From Octopus sinensis (lineage: Eukaryota): 64,000 nucleotides of DNA. The translations under genes and the position numbers were made by a program. The stretch is taken from positions 204,352,001 to 204,416,000 of the forward strand of contig NC_042998.1 in assembly GCF_006345805.1 (NCBI RefSeq). The letters run 5' to 3'. Under the pieces are notes generated by a model. It was not told the origin of the DNA. It saw nothing but the letters and a program-made list of their open reading frames with translations, and did not search any database. Within the stretch, counting starts at the first letter, position 1; every line of letters starts with the position of its first letter. Below, piece by piece: positions 51,139 through 64,000 of the stretch.

Positions 51139-52761
51139 TTAAATGAGTTTTCCCACAGACCCCTTTTAATATGCTTATCCTTATATATATATATATATAT
51201 TCATATATATATATACATACATACATAGGCAAATGTGTTGTTGAAAATGCACCTAAATTTGAAAAACTCGTAATTGTTTAAAATACATTTATTTACATTT
51301 ATACCAAACTAGTCTCAACAATATCTTTTGTTTATCAATGGTAAAGAATTTAGACTTATGAATTAGAAAAACATGTTTAAAACTTTCAATGTTGACAAGT
51401 TTAAAATGTTCATAACAGTCAGTAATATAAAAACTGTTGAGCAACTTGTTTAAATGTAGAAAATTCAATAGTGTTAGTAGTGGACGACAAGAAATATCAT
51501 CAAAGTTTCAGTCATACTGAGTTAAGAGGGAGAAAAAGAAGGGAGAAATGAAGATAGTAAAAAAAGGGATTTGGTTTACAATTTCTCTGTTCTTCTTTCT
51601 GTTGTGTGTAGGAACTTTCACTTGTAACAGTGTGTTTTGGAGTCCAATGTATCTATAGTTTTTTTTCTGCAAGCGGATCTGAATTTTGATTCATTAAAGT
51701 ACTGGTGATGCCTTGTTTTCCTGGTGGTCAAGTTTGTTGTTCTGCCTGGTTGGCATCCCTGTGAGAAACGGTCATCAGCCATTCCAGTCGGTCGATTCCC
51801 TTAAACGGTCATTTTATTCTAATTAACGTTTATTGAGTCTAAATTCATCAACTTCATCAACTCACCAGTTTGTCACACTGTTTTTTTATTTTTGTCTCTT
51901 CATACCAAAAAGCTATTTAAAGAACCTCTATGTGGCCCAATAACCTGCTAGAAATAATAGCTGAATTAACCCTTTCATGAAATGCACTGCTTTTGTTTCT
52001 GTCGTTCTTCAGCTGATGTTTGCAACATAATTAATGTAAAATTTTAATGGCTTGTTTTAGAACGAGCAGCTTCTATCATAGATTCAGGGGCATTTCTTGA
52101 TGGATCGGCATCAAAAGGGCTGAAAGCTAAAAGAAAATATGATCCAAAACAAATTTGAAACAGTCACATCTGGACTGTCTTTTGTCATTGGCTTACTCAA
52201 TCAGGGTTGTCTGGGGCTAAACACCAATAATTCCTGTGGAGATGGATTGGTCAGAATGAAGCAGTTGATCTGGTAATAATTGTTGTGTTGTTCTTTTTAA
52301 ATCTGAGAAATTGGTTCCGTTGGGTCGGCACCAAGTCTCTGAGACATCCAAAGTTTGTTTCCCAATTGGGTGAACATCATCACCATCATCATAAACATAA
52401 TCATGTCATCATCATCATCATTATTATCATCATCATCAGAAACATAATCATGTCATCATCATCATAAACATAATCATGTCATCATCATCATCATTATTAT
52501 CATCATCATCATAAACATGGAAACACTACAGATAAGTTGGTTCATTGATGCATTTTAAAGTGAATGTTTTTCACCTGTCGCATCAGGTGGGCTTCTTTTC
52601 TTTCAAATATTTCTTCAGTTTTTCGGGTGATATTAATATTCTAACAGAAAATTAGCAAATATTTGTTATCTGTCTCAGAACATCCCCTAAAACTACATTT
52701 ACTTTCCAAACAGCTTCTTTTTTTTTTTTTTTGCATATTGCTTTGTCTGTTCATCTCTCTC

Positions 52762-52799
<38 letters not shown>

Positions 52800-53282
52800 T
52801 CTTCCACTCCTCCCCCCCTCTGTTTCTGTTCCTGTTTGGCTTGTGAGAATAAAATGACTCACCCTAAACAGCAAAATAGATAATACAATCTAACTTTAAT
52901 TACCAAATTATTTCTCTGACCTCACTTCCGGCCACAGTTCTACACTTGTGCTAAATAAAGGGGAAGCCAAGACACAGCACAGAATACGGTTAGAACTCAT
53001 CATTCATCTCTGAATTAGATATTCTCATCATAATGAGAGTGTGGCTTAGTAAAACCATCGCAGTCTGCGGACTAGAGTACATCAAACCTCAACTCTTTTT
53101 TTTCTTTTCTTTTCTTTTCTGCCATCTTGTGTTGGAACCTGCGTGTTGAAGATTTCTAGCAGGAAATAATAAATTCCTTCTATATTCAAAAGACAACGAA
53201 GATCTCTCTTGAAACAAACAAGCAAAAACAATTCGTTAATCTCTCAATTCAGCCTTTTGGCTAAATTTTATTTTACAACTTT

Positions 53283-53318
<36 letters not shown>

Positions 53319-54549
53319 TAAAGAAGCTTGCTTCCCAGCCTCATTGCGTGGCACCTTGAGCATGTGTCTTTTTCTATAGCCCCAAGCTGACCAAAGCCTT
53401 GTGAGTGGACGTGGTAGACGGAAACTGAAAGAAGCCCGTCGTATATAGACGTGTGTTTGTGTGTATGTTTGTTTCTCCTCATCTTGACATCGTGTGATAG
53501 TATTAAAGTAATTGCCACTGACACACAAACAGTGACAATCTTTTCCATTATCCAGCATTAACATGCCTGGCCCTGGAGGGGAAATATTACCTTGGTTGGA
53601 AGCAGGTGAGGGTTAGCAACAGGAAAGGTATCCAGCTGTAGAAATCAATCACAGCAAATTTTGTTTGACCCCTTGAAACATGGAGAAGTGGATGTTAAGA
53701 CAATAATCATGATAGTATTTTTGTAATCTTTTTATGATTTCTAGTGTCTTAATTTAGTGGGGGGGGGGGGTCAGTTCTGGTAAGTGAAGGTTTGGCATAA
53801 AACCTTAAATTGTTCAAATTGTGAGAAATTCTAGAAATATTCTTTACTGAAACAGAATTTAACCAAATGAGAAGTCAGTCTCTAGAAAGGTTTGTTTAGA
53901 TTATCAGAAGAAGCACTTGAAAGGTTTCTCTATCACACATTCCAGTTTCATACGTTCTTGTAATGGTTGAAATTTCAACAAACACCTCTGTGTACCAAAA
54001 ATGGAGCCTGTTTATTGCAAGACAACAGGTGATTACATGACTTGTCTAGAGCTAACTACTTGACCAGATGTGGTCTGGTGATCTGACTCTACCATTTTAG
54101 ATGTCACGAAAGAATATGGAATCCAGGTATAAATACAAGTTGAACACTGGGCTCAATGTAACCCCTCCCCCAAACATGCTGGCCTTGTGCCAGAATTTGA
54201 AACCGTCCTCATTATTATTACTACACCGTGCTAATTACCTGCTAATTAAATTAGCATGCTAATTAAATTAACAGGTTGGGTGACAACAAGTCTTCTTAAA
54301 TCTCAAGGATTTTCCTTTGGATTCTTGCAGAATATAGAATCACATTTTTCTGCAGCTTCACAAATGCAGCTTTCTATTCTAATCTCTTTCAGTCTTTTAG
54401 CATTTTCGGTGCTATGCCAAAAGCACCATTATTATTATTATTATTATCATTTCTGTTCTTGTTGCTTTGTTTTATTCGATCTGTTCCATGACCCTCAGCC
54501 AGAGACCCCAAGTAACAGCAAGTTGCATGTTTTATTTCTGGCTCTTGTT

Positions 54550-54962
54550 TCATCATCATCATCATCATCGTTTAACGTCCGCTTTCCGTGCTGGCATGGG
54601 TTGGGACGGTTCGACCGGGGTCTGGGAAGCCAGGAGCCTGCACCGGGCTCCAGTCTGATCTGGCAGTTTTTCTACAGCTGGATGCCCTTCCTAACGCCAA
54701 CCACTCCATAAGTGTAGTGGGTGCTTTTTACGTGCCACCAGCACAGGTGCCAGGGGAGGCTGGCAGCAGCCATGTTCGGTTGGTGCTTTTCACGTGCCAC
54801 CGGCACAGAAGCCAGTCAAGGTGGCGCTAGCATTAGCCACGTACAGATGGTGCTTTTTACAGGTATCACATCTGCAATTTCCATTTGATATTTATGTTGA
54901 TGTTGATGTACTTGACTCTCCTCAAGCACAGCAGGTCATGTGCCACCGGCACAGAAGCCAGC
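54550..54962 (-). mobile_element. RTE LINE 3' UTR
   Basis: Same terminal block and (CAT)n; further copies at ~3780-3990, 15435-15580, 16315-16515, 26813-26975, 59237-59680, 60620-60930 and 62585-62760. Confidence 0.8.
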
Positions 54963-55844
54963 AATTTTATTTCAAGGAAACGACACCAAATACTGAAAAT
55001 TAAGATTCCATTAAGTTTGCTGTAATATTTGCAATTTTGAAAGAGTTTTTTTTTTGTTTTTTTTAAATCAGATGTTCTCAGCTTGATTGGTTTTTTTCTT
55101 TTTTCTTAGGATGTGGGCTGGACCCATGATAGCAATTTTTTGTTATTCTGATATTTTGGGGGTTTCCTTGGATTTGGCCACAATGTTTAACTATAACATT
55201 TGGTATTAAAGGCAGCAAGCTGGCAGAAATACTTAGCAGTATTTCATTCTGAGTTCAAATTCTGCCGAGGTCGACTTTGCTTTTCATCCTTTCGAGGTCG
55301 GTAAATTAAGTACCAGTTGCATACTGAGGTTGATCTAATCAACTAGTCCCCTCCACCACCACATTTCAGGCCTTGTGCCTAGAGTAGGGTTAGGAATTTT
55401 ACTCAAATTAATCCCTGTACTTATTTATATTTTAAAAATGGTATCTATTCTGTCAGTTACAGGGCTATCAACACACCCAAATCAGTTGTCAGTATATATA
55501 TATATATAAGGATAAGATCGATATTTAAATACCGATCTTATCAGGTGGCCAGCATGGGAATAAAAACCTTTCAAAGGTAATAATTATTATTAAGCTTGAA
55601 AGTTGCTTAGGTCAGGTCTAACATTTTTGTTGATTATTTAATAGTTGCTGCTAACAGGAGAAATGTAGAGGGCAGAGTATGTGGCCCTGTGTGGTCATTG
55701 GACACAAAGATGGTTCATTGAAGTTAGGACAGTGTTTGCTCTGCATTGTTATAGAAGACCACAACCTGGGGTTGAAGAGGCTGGCAGCATCAATGGGTGG
55801 AATGGTAGAAGTGGTGCCAACCTTTAGCATTCAGATTAATCTTT

Positions 55845-56428
55845 TACTTGGTTCAGTCATTAGACTGTGACCATGCTGGGGCACCACCTTGAAAGATTTT
55901 CATCCAACGAGTCAGCCCCAGCTTATTCTATTGGTCACTTTTTGCCAAAGTGCTAAATGATAGGGATGTAAACACACCAACACTGGTTGTCAAGCAGTGG
56001 TGGTGGTGGTGGTTGGAGGACAGACGCACAGATATATATCTATTTTTTTATTGCCCACAGAGGGCTAAACACAGAGAGGACAAACAAAGGGATTAAGTTA
56101 ATTACATCAACTCCAGTGCATAACTGGTACTTATTTAGTCGACCCCAAAAGGATGAAAGGCAAAGTCGACCTTGGCGGAATTTGAACTCCGAACGTAACG
56201 ACAGATGAAATACTGCTAAGCATTTCACCCAGCATGCTAATATTTCTGCCAGCTCACCACCCTCACAGACACATATATGTATATGGTAGGCTTCTTCCAG
56301 TTTCCTTCTACCAAATCCACTGACAAGGCTTTGGTCAGCCCAAGGATATAGTAGAGGACACTTACCCAAAGTGTCACACAGTGAGACTGAACCTGGAACC
56401 ATGCGGTTGGAAAGCAAACTTCTTACCA
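55845..56428 (-). mobile_element. Family A SINE with a family B SINE (56040-56262) nested in its central repeat
   Basis: SINE A tail 55845-56030, complete SINE B, then SINE A head 56285-56428. Confidence 0.8.
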
Positions 56429-59400
56429 TAAATGGAATTTTTTTTCCTTTTTCATTTCTCTTAAATAATAACTGCAAACTATTCCATCTTACCGTTTCAC
56501 ATGTTGTCTGCAGTGATGGTCATGTTTTAATGACAAACTGTTGAGATAGAAACTTTGAAACGTTGCTTGACCTCCAAAGTCTTCAGTTTCTTCCTCAAGT
56601 AATTGTTCGCTTGCAAGTCTGCTGACGTCATCATTGATTAATATGTCCACTAGACCTTCAAGGCAACTTCAATTGATGTCAAGTGATAAATCCTGTTCAG
56701 AACTGCAGGCACTGGATGACAGTCACAAACCGTGTTTTTGTCTGTTCGTCAACACACAATTACTTAAACATTAATTAAATGAAAATAGTCTGATATGCGT
56801 CATTTAGAAATATAATCCCACAACATGCACCGCTGATTAAAGAACAGCCGTTTATTGGCCAATGCTCCCCCCTCCTCCTCCTCCTCCTCCTTGCGGGACT
56901 TCGTTATTGTCCTCCAGTTGTTGGGACATCAATAAGAAACGATGTAAATGGTTGGGGGGGGGGGGGGAGGGGTTAGCTTTTCTTTCTTCTTTAATGGGGT
57001 TGGCACAGGTTTCACTGTTTGATTTCCAGCTCCATGCAGTTCTTGGTTCAACTCCACCCTGCAGCTCCTTCTACAACTGCAATTGCCTCCCACTGCAATC
57101 TTTGGTGGACCAGTACCTTGTCAGTGAAGTTCCGGTCGATGGAAATTGTGCCGAAGCCTATTGTATACGTGTGTGATTACTAATTGTACTCGTTAAATGT
57201 GGTTTTACTAATTACATTGCAGTGCAGCACAATGGCAGACCATAAAGAGGAGAGTCTGTTGCTCGTTTGGTCTGTAGGCTAGGGTGGCACCTTAGGCGAG
57301 CCCTAGCAATCACTTGGCCTCGGTGAAGACAGCAGCAGCAGCCAAATATTGGAAAACCAACAAAGTGAAGGAGTTGTAGACTTGTGGCTTGGCTGCAGCA
57401 ACCTTCAAGCCATTGCTTTAAGATTCCTCCAGTTTGTCAGTTATCCATTGTCCTGCTGCTATGTCTTCACTTTATTCTTGGCATGAGAGGCTGAGCTGTT
57501 GGGAAGAGACGATATGTCTTTAGAAAAATGCTAAAATGTAAGGAAAGGATCAAGAACTAATGTTCAGAATGATTCAAGACTTGCATAAATGTTTTACTGT
57601 CAGACATGGAATGGCCAACCTCATTTAATCACTGGTATACAGTATTCAGAACACAACAGTTCAATGCTTTCTAAACCTTCCTCCCATGCCACTCCATCTC
57701 AGGCTTGCTCTTTAACCGTTCTAAGTCTGGATGTTCACTTTAGCCGCCTCACCTTAGACACACCACCAAATCAACTCCCCAGGCCTTTTGCCAGCCTGCA
57801 GACAAAGTAGAAGACGGTTGTTCGAGGTTCCACACTGAGGGATTGAACCCAAAAGTATGGGGGTGGGATATCAACTTCTTATACACACACACACGTGTAC
57901 ATGTGTGTGTGTGTATTGGTTGTAAATTGCAAATAGCCACCCTAATCTTAATATATAAAACAGAGTGTGTGTGTGTGTGTGTGTGTTCCTTATGGATTTG
58001 AAAACTGAGGTACAAAAGACTCCGTAATCTTTCGGTTACCAAACAAAGAATGTGTTTTGCACAACAACTCTTTTTTTTACTACAAAAATAACCTCAAAAC
58101 TGAGGTCGAGTCACGCAATTTTGAGATCTTTAGCTAAGGGAGGCAGCTCTGTGTGTGTTTTGCTGTGGTGAAAAAAAGGAATTTTTCTCACAATATTTTG
58201 CCCAATAATTTTAAAAGAAAGCCAAGTAGTCCGAGATGTGCATGTATGGTTATCGTACAGAGTGGAACTTCAATATGAAGCTTTGAACTCATTACCTTGT
58301 GGTTACTAATCCATTACCTTAAATTCAAAGCCATTAAGTCTTTAAACATTATTTTACTGGGTTTAGTCTTTCGACTGTTACCATGATGGGGCATCACCTT
58401 CAAAAATTTAATCAATCACACTGACCTCAGTACGTATTTCAATCTGGCATTTATTTTATAGATCTCTGCTTGATGAACTGCTAACTATGAGACAGAGTGG
58501 GACACAATACTCAATTTAACAACAAACGTAAACACACACACACCACACACACATATTAGGTGCAAGAACGACTGTGTGGTTGACAGGTTTGCTTCCCAAC
58601 CACATGGTTCCACAGTCAGTACCCCTGCATGGTACCTTGGGCAAGTGTTTTCTACTATAGTCCTAGGCCAACCACAGAGTTGTGACTGAATTTGGTAGAC
58701 AGAAACTGCAGTGTTCTTCATTGGAAAATGACCAAAAAACATGTTTATAAGGAAGAGCTGTTTGCTTCATCCTCCCCGTGTGCCAATTCTGCCCATAAGA
58801 AAGGAACAAATAATACAATGTATCTGTCAGTCATAACACCCAGGCAACGCCGGGGTGCATTGCTAGAAATATATAATTCTCACTTCACCATTTCTGGAAT
58901 TGGTCAATGTTTCTATGGTTTCCTCTATCAAACTGACATGGTGAGTTCAGTTCTTTAACACTTGGTGACAAAGTAATGGATCACTGGTGAAGATTAATCA
59001 AATCTGAAATCGGTGCTGATATGACTCCATCTTGCTTGCCGTGGGGATGGTGTTCGTCTCCTTTGTCAGTCATTAGAAAAGTGTCTCACGTGGCTAAGAG
59101 TTGTTTTGACTCTTATTTCTAGCAAGACTGGTGCTCACAAGCACCTTCCGTCACTTTAATGATGGCTAGACTTCTTGCCTTTTGGTTGCAAATTGCAAAT
59201 AGCCATCTTAATCATTTATATATATATATATATCCTTATCATCATCATCATCATAATCGTTTAATGTCTGCTTTCTATGCTGGTAAAGGTTGCACAGTTT
59301 CACTGGGGGTTGGCAAGACAGGAAGCTGCACCGGGCTCCAATCTGATTTGGCAAGGTTTCTACAGCTGGATGCCTTCCCTAACACTAACCATTCCAAGAG

Positions 59401-61803
59401 TGTAGTGGGTGCTTTTTACATGTCACCAGCATGAGAGCAGTCAGGCGGCACAGGGGCCAGTTGGGTGGTGCGGGGCTGGCATCAACCATGTTCAGATGGT
59501 CCTTTTTATATGCCACCGGCATGGAGAGCCAGTCAGGCAGCTCTGGCATCGACCCATGCTTGAATAGCGCTTATTACTCGAGTGGTGCTTATTACGTGCC
59601 ACCAGCACAGGTGCCAGTCAAGCGGCACTGGCATTGGCCACAACCTACAATTTCCATTTTGATCTTGATTTGCTTTTGATCTCTGTGTGTGTGTGTAAAC
59701 AAGGGCTCCTTACAGTTTCTGTTTCCTGAATCCACTCACAAGGCTTTTGGCCAACCTAGGGCTGTATCAAAGTAGAAACACTCGCTCAAGGTGCCATGAA
59801 TATTAACCACTAACTTCCTTACAACCGTGCTCCAGATCCTTGAAAGATGATGTAATTGTCCAAAATAACTTGGCTAATTAAGCCATTACTCCATTTCCAT
59901 ATCACAAAAATGACAATCTTTCAACAGAAATGCCATTGTAACAATTTGGGGCAGCTTAGCTGTTATCCTCAGCAATCTGTTGTTACTGTAGCTAATCACT
60001 GTATTAACTGGCCACTTCTCTCTCTCACTTTGTCCCCTAACATTTAACAATATTTACTACTACTACTACTACTACTGCATCTTAGTAATTAGTTTGAATG
60101 TAGTAATATCAGTTTTTACCATCCCAGTTTAAGTGCAAACGTGACTAATTAAGTACAAAAGTAGTTGTTTGTAATATTTCTCGGCCTTTTTTTGCATGAT
60201 TTGATATTTCATAATAATGGTATAATGTTTGTAACTTGTTTCTTGGAATATATCTTCGGCAGTTCGTCTGACATCTCAACACAACAATGGCCATCTGTTT
60301 AACGAAGCCATTCAATTCTTCAACAAACCGTTTTTGGCACCGTTCCATCGGACTCTGCTGCCTGTTGCTTATTTTATTCAGATAAAGCATAGCAATGGAG
60401 ATGATTCTGGTATTTCAGAAGTGCGGAAAGAACGTGAAATCTTGTTTGTGGTTAAGGTCGATCTAACATTCTCTTTGCATTTAACAAAATGCCAAAATAC
60501 TGGTTTCAAATTTTGACACAAGGCCAGCAATTTCAGGGAGGGGGTGGAGTGGGAGACCCTAAATCAATTATATGGACTCTGGTACTCAGCTGGTTATTTT
60601 TTTTATCAACCCGTCAAGCCACGTAAGATCAGTAGTTGTGGCCGAAGCCAGTGTCACTTAACTGGCCCATTAAAAGCACACTTCAATCATTGGGCGATAT
60701 GTTGTACCTGGGAAGAGCTGTCAAACCGAGTAAAATCGTAATTGTGGCCAGTGTCAGGTCAATGGCACCCACTGCACTCTCGGAGTGGTTGGCATTAGGA
60801 AGGGCATCCAGCCATAGAAACCTTGCTTAATCAGGTTGGAACCTGGTGCAGTTCCCTGGTTTACCAGTTTTCAGTTGAACTATCCAACCCATGCCAGCAT
60901 GGAAAGTGGACGTTAAACAATGATGATCATGAACTCCGAAAGGATGAAAAGCCAAGTCCACCTCGGCGGCATTTGAACAAAGTGCTGTTAAGCGTTCTTC
61001 CCAGTCTGCTAATGGTTCTATCAGCTCACTGCCTGACTAAATGACCACAAGGCCTGAAATCTGGTACTCGTTTTATCGACCCCCGAAAGGATGAAAGGCA
61101 AAGTTGAACTCGGAACATAACCGCAGATGAAATGCTGCTAAGCTTTTTGCCCAGCATGCTAACAATTCTGCCAGCTTCAAAGAACATGGGAGTCTGACAC
61201 TTAAAAGAGAATCATTTCAACATAGTTGCATCTATAAACCAGCAACAATACTTTTCTCTCTCTCTCTATCTATCTATCTATCTCTCTCTCTATCTATCTC
61301 TCTCTCTCTATCTATCTATCTCTCTATGTATCTATCTATCCATCTATCTATCTATCTCTATCTATCTATCTTTCACACACACACACACACCAAGATTCAA
61401 AGACATTAGATTTCTCGCTCCCCCTCGCAATAAGCCCTTATCATAATACTATGACTGTCTAGTTTCCAACCTTGTTAGGGTCTCATCTCCCTTTGAACTT
61501 GCCAAAACCCACACATATTCTCCTCGTCAGGTTGTCTGTAAATCATTAGCATTTAACCATCCAGTGGTGCCAATCAATGAATGTATGAAAACTTTTTAAT
61601 TATTCTTTAGAATTTGTTTAATCCAAAGAATCCAAAAGATGTTTCATAATCATTGATGTTTCATAAAATCGTGGAATTTGAGCATTTTTGTTTTGGTACC
61701 AAAAAAGGTGAGGAATAAGAAGGGATTTCCAGAGGATTGTATGTTTGGGAACAAAGGATTGTACAAAGAGCTTTGTGTAAAGTTTGAGGCAGAACTTTAC
61801 ACA

Positions 61804-62200
61804 AGTGGCTGTGTGGTAAGTAGCTTGTCTACCAACCACATGGTTCCGGGTTCAGTCCCACTGCGTGGCACCCTGGGCAAGTGTCTTCTACTATAGCCTC
61901 GGGCCGACCAAAGCCTTGTGAGTGGATTTGGTAGACGGAAACTGAAAGAAGCCCGTCGTATATACGTATATATATATATATATGCGTGTTTGTATTTGTG
62001 TGTCTGTGTTTGTCCCCCTAGCATTGCTTGACAACCGATGCTGGTGTGTTTATGTCGCCGTCACTTAGCGGTTCGGCAAAAGAGACCGATAGAATAAGTA
62101 CTGGGCTTACAAAAGAATAAGTCCCGGGGTCGAGTTGTCAATTAAAAGGCGGTGCTCCAGCATGGCCACAGTCAAATGACTGAAACAAGTAAGAGTAAAA
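61804..62200 (+). mobile_element. Family A SINE, well-preserved copy
   Basis: Head to tail intact with CpGs retained; used here as the reference copy. Confidence 0.9.
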
Positions 62201-63816
62201 GAGAGAGAGAACAGAACTGGCACAATGAGGGCTGCTTTGAATGGACGTGAAGAGAGGTTGCGTGTTGAAAGAAGCAGAATTTCTTGTTGTAGGGAAATAT
62301 TTCAGTTGGTCTGTTTTGCTTTTGTGGTGAGGAGGGAACGTTCATAGTTTTGATAAAGCTTTCTGGTAGGTAAGGCTGGGGTGGCTGATACTCTGAGGAG
62401 AGTTTTGTTCTACATAAAAAAATTAGTGTGTCATGTAACAAGCTTTTATAATTAATATACATGGTTGTGTGGTGAAGGAGTTTGCTTGCCAACCTTATGT
62501 CTCCAAGTTCAGTCCCACTGCATGGCATCTTGAGCAAGTGTTTTCTACTACAGCCTCAAGCTGACCCAAAGCCTTGTGAGTGGATGTGCCGGTGGCACGT
62601 AAAAGGCACTCATTACCCTCCTGGAGTGGTTGGCATTAGGAAGGGCATCCAGCCATAGAAATCATGCCAAATCAGACTTGAACCTGGTGCAGCTTTCCAG
62701 CATGCCAGTCCAGTCAAACTGTCCAACCCATGCCAGCATGGACAACAGATGCTTGATGATGGTGGTGGTGGTGCTAATGACGATGATGGTGGGGGCGGTG
62801 ATGATGATGACGATGATGGTGGTGGTGGTGCTACTGACGATGATGGGGGGCGGGGGGTGATGGTGATATATATCTGCACAGGTATCTGTACTTGTGTCTC
62901 TTTGACTTGATATTGTGTGATTGTTATAAATGAATATCATTTATTTCCAGCTGGCCTTGTGGGATGTCTTTCCGTGTTTGGTAACATGTGAGGGTTAGCA
63001 ACAGGAAGGGCATCCAGCTGTAGAAAATCTGCCTCAATAAATCTTGTTCAACCCACGCCAGTATAGAAAAGTGGATGAAGAGGAGGAGGAGGTAGAAGAA
63101 GAGTTCTAGGTTACACTCTCTCCATTGGCAAATATTTTCAAGTTCTCTGTTAAAGAACAAGTTTGTCATGAAGGGGTTTTTAAGTTGATGACATCAGAGG
63201 GTGTGTTTGTGTGTGTGTTTTTGTCTGTATGTGTGTGTGTGTGTGTGTGCAGTGTTGTGTTGCAATGAAAGGTGATGTCATCTGTTGTTAGAACTGGTCT
63301 TCGAGAAGGAAGTTACTTGTAAAGCCTTTTTCACCCACATTCTATCAACTCGTGTCTACTGCAGTTCCGTTAGCCACCCGCCCACCCACACCCGAAATTC
63401 CTCCTTCTGTACATCGTGTTCTTACAGTCACTTCTACCCCCAAACATACATCCAACACTGATCGTCCATCCTTTGCCCTTTCGTAATCTTTCTCCACATC
63501 AAACCATGTGTAACAGACAGACTCTACTTCTGTGGACATTGATGTCAAACGATTCAGTGTTTCACTGTCAAACGATGAAAAAGATTGTTTTAAATATTTT
63601 GTGGGTTGTAGAAGTACAAGCAATATATGGACGCCAGAAGGACCCTGGTTGATAAGCACTGGTTCTGACCTGGGGTCAGGTTACCTTGCGTATCCTTCCT
63701 TTTTTTTTTTTTTCAAGACTGACTTTTGTGGTTCGAGAGACAAGACTGCTTTTTATTTTGGGAAGTTTAATCGAATCTTGCAGCGGTTCCCTTCATTGTT
63801 ACGGGGTTGAGTGAAA

Positions 63817-64000
63817 TGTGTGTGTGTGTGTGTGCATGCGTGTGTGTGTGGCTGTGCACGTGTGTGTGTGTGCATGCGTGTGTGTGTGTGTGCGTGTGGC
63901 TGTGCACGTGTGTGTGTGTGCATGCGTGTGTGTGTGTGTGCGTGTGTGTGTGTGGCTGTGCACGTGTGTGTGCATGTGTAGGTGCATGCGTGTGTGTAAT
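63817..64000. repeat. Compound (TG)n with recurring GGCTGTGCAC/GCATGC interruptions
   Basis: Seen directly. Confidence 0.9.

Overview
Eukaryotic, AT-rich and repeat-saturated DNA with no prokaryotic features. The SINE/LINE complement and the dense (TA)n, (CA)n, (CAT)n and (CT)n microsatellites resemble an octopod cephalopod genome; this is recognised from memory, not searched. No complete protein-coding gene is visible. The window looks like the 5' intronic region of a large plus-strand gene, with three short ATG-initiated candidate exons (21710-21781, 33475-33525, 35802-35879) that all end at phase-0 GT donors. Mobile DNA includes two abundant tRNA-derived SINE families plus minor ones, RTE-clade LINE 3' ends, a stack of five R4/Dong-type LINE fragments in (TAA)n/(TCA)n, five non-autonomous Helitrons, a piggyBac-type MITE and a Tc1/mariner relic. 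The most notable signal is a set of short inserts, mostly in (TA)n, carrying type I hammerhead ribozyme folds and fold-back inverted repeats, as expected of Penelope-like elements. These comprise one fully canonical fold (29367-29425), several minimal ones, and one with a compensatory G3:C8 core swap whose 5' half is tandemly amplified (40538-40709). A 28-bp minisatellite of about 41 copies has arisen from a SINE tRNA head just downstream of one candidate exon. Almost all ORFs in the supplied track are microsatellite or SINE artefacts. Repeat boundaries are read by eye and approximate.
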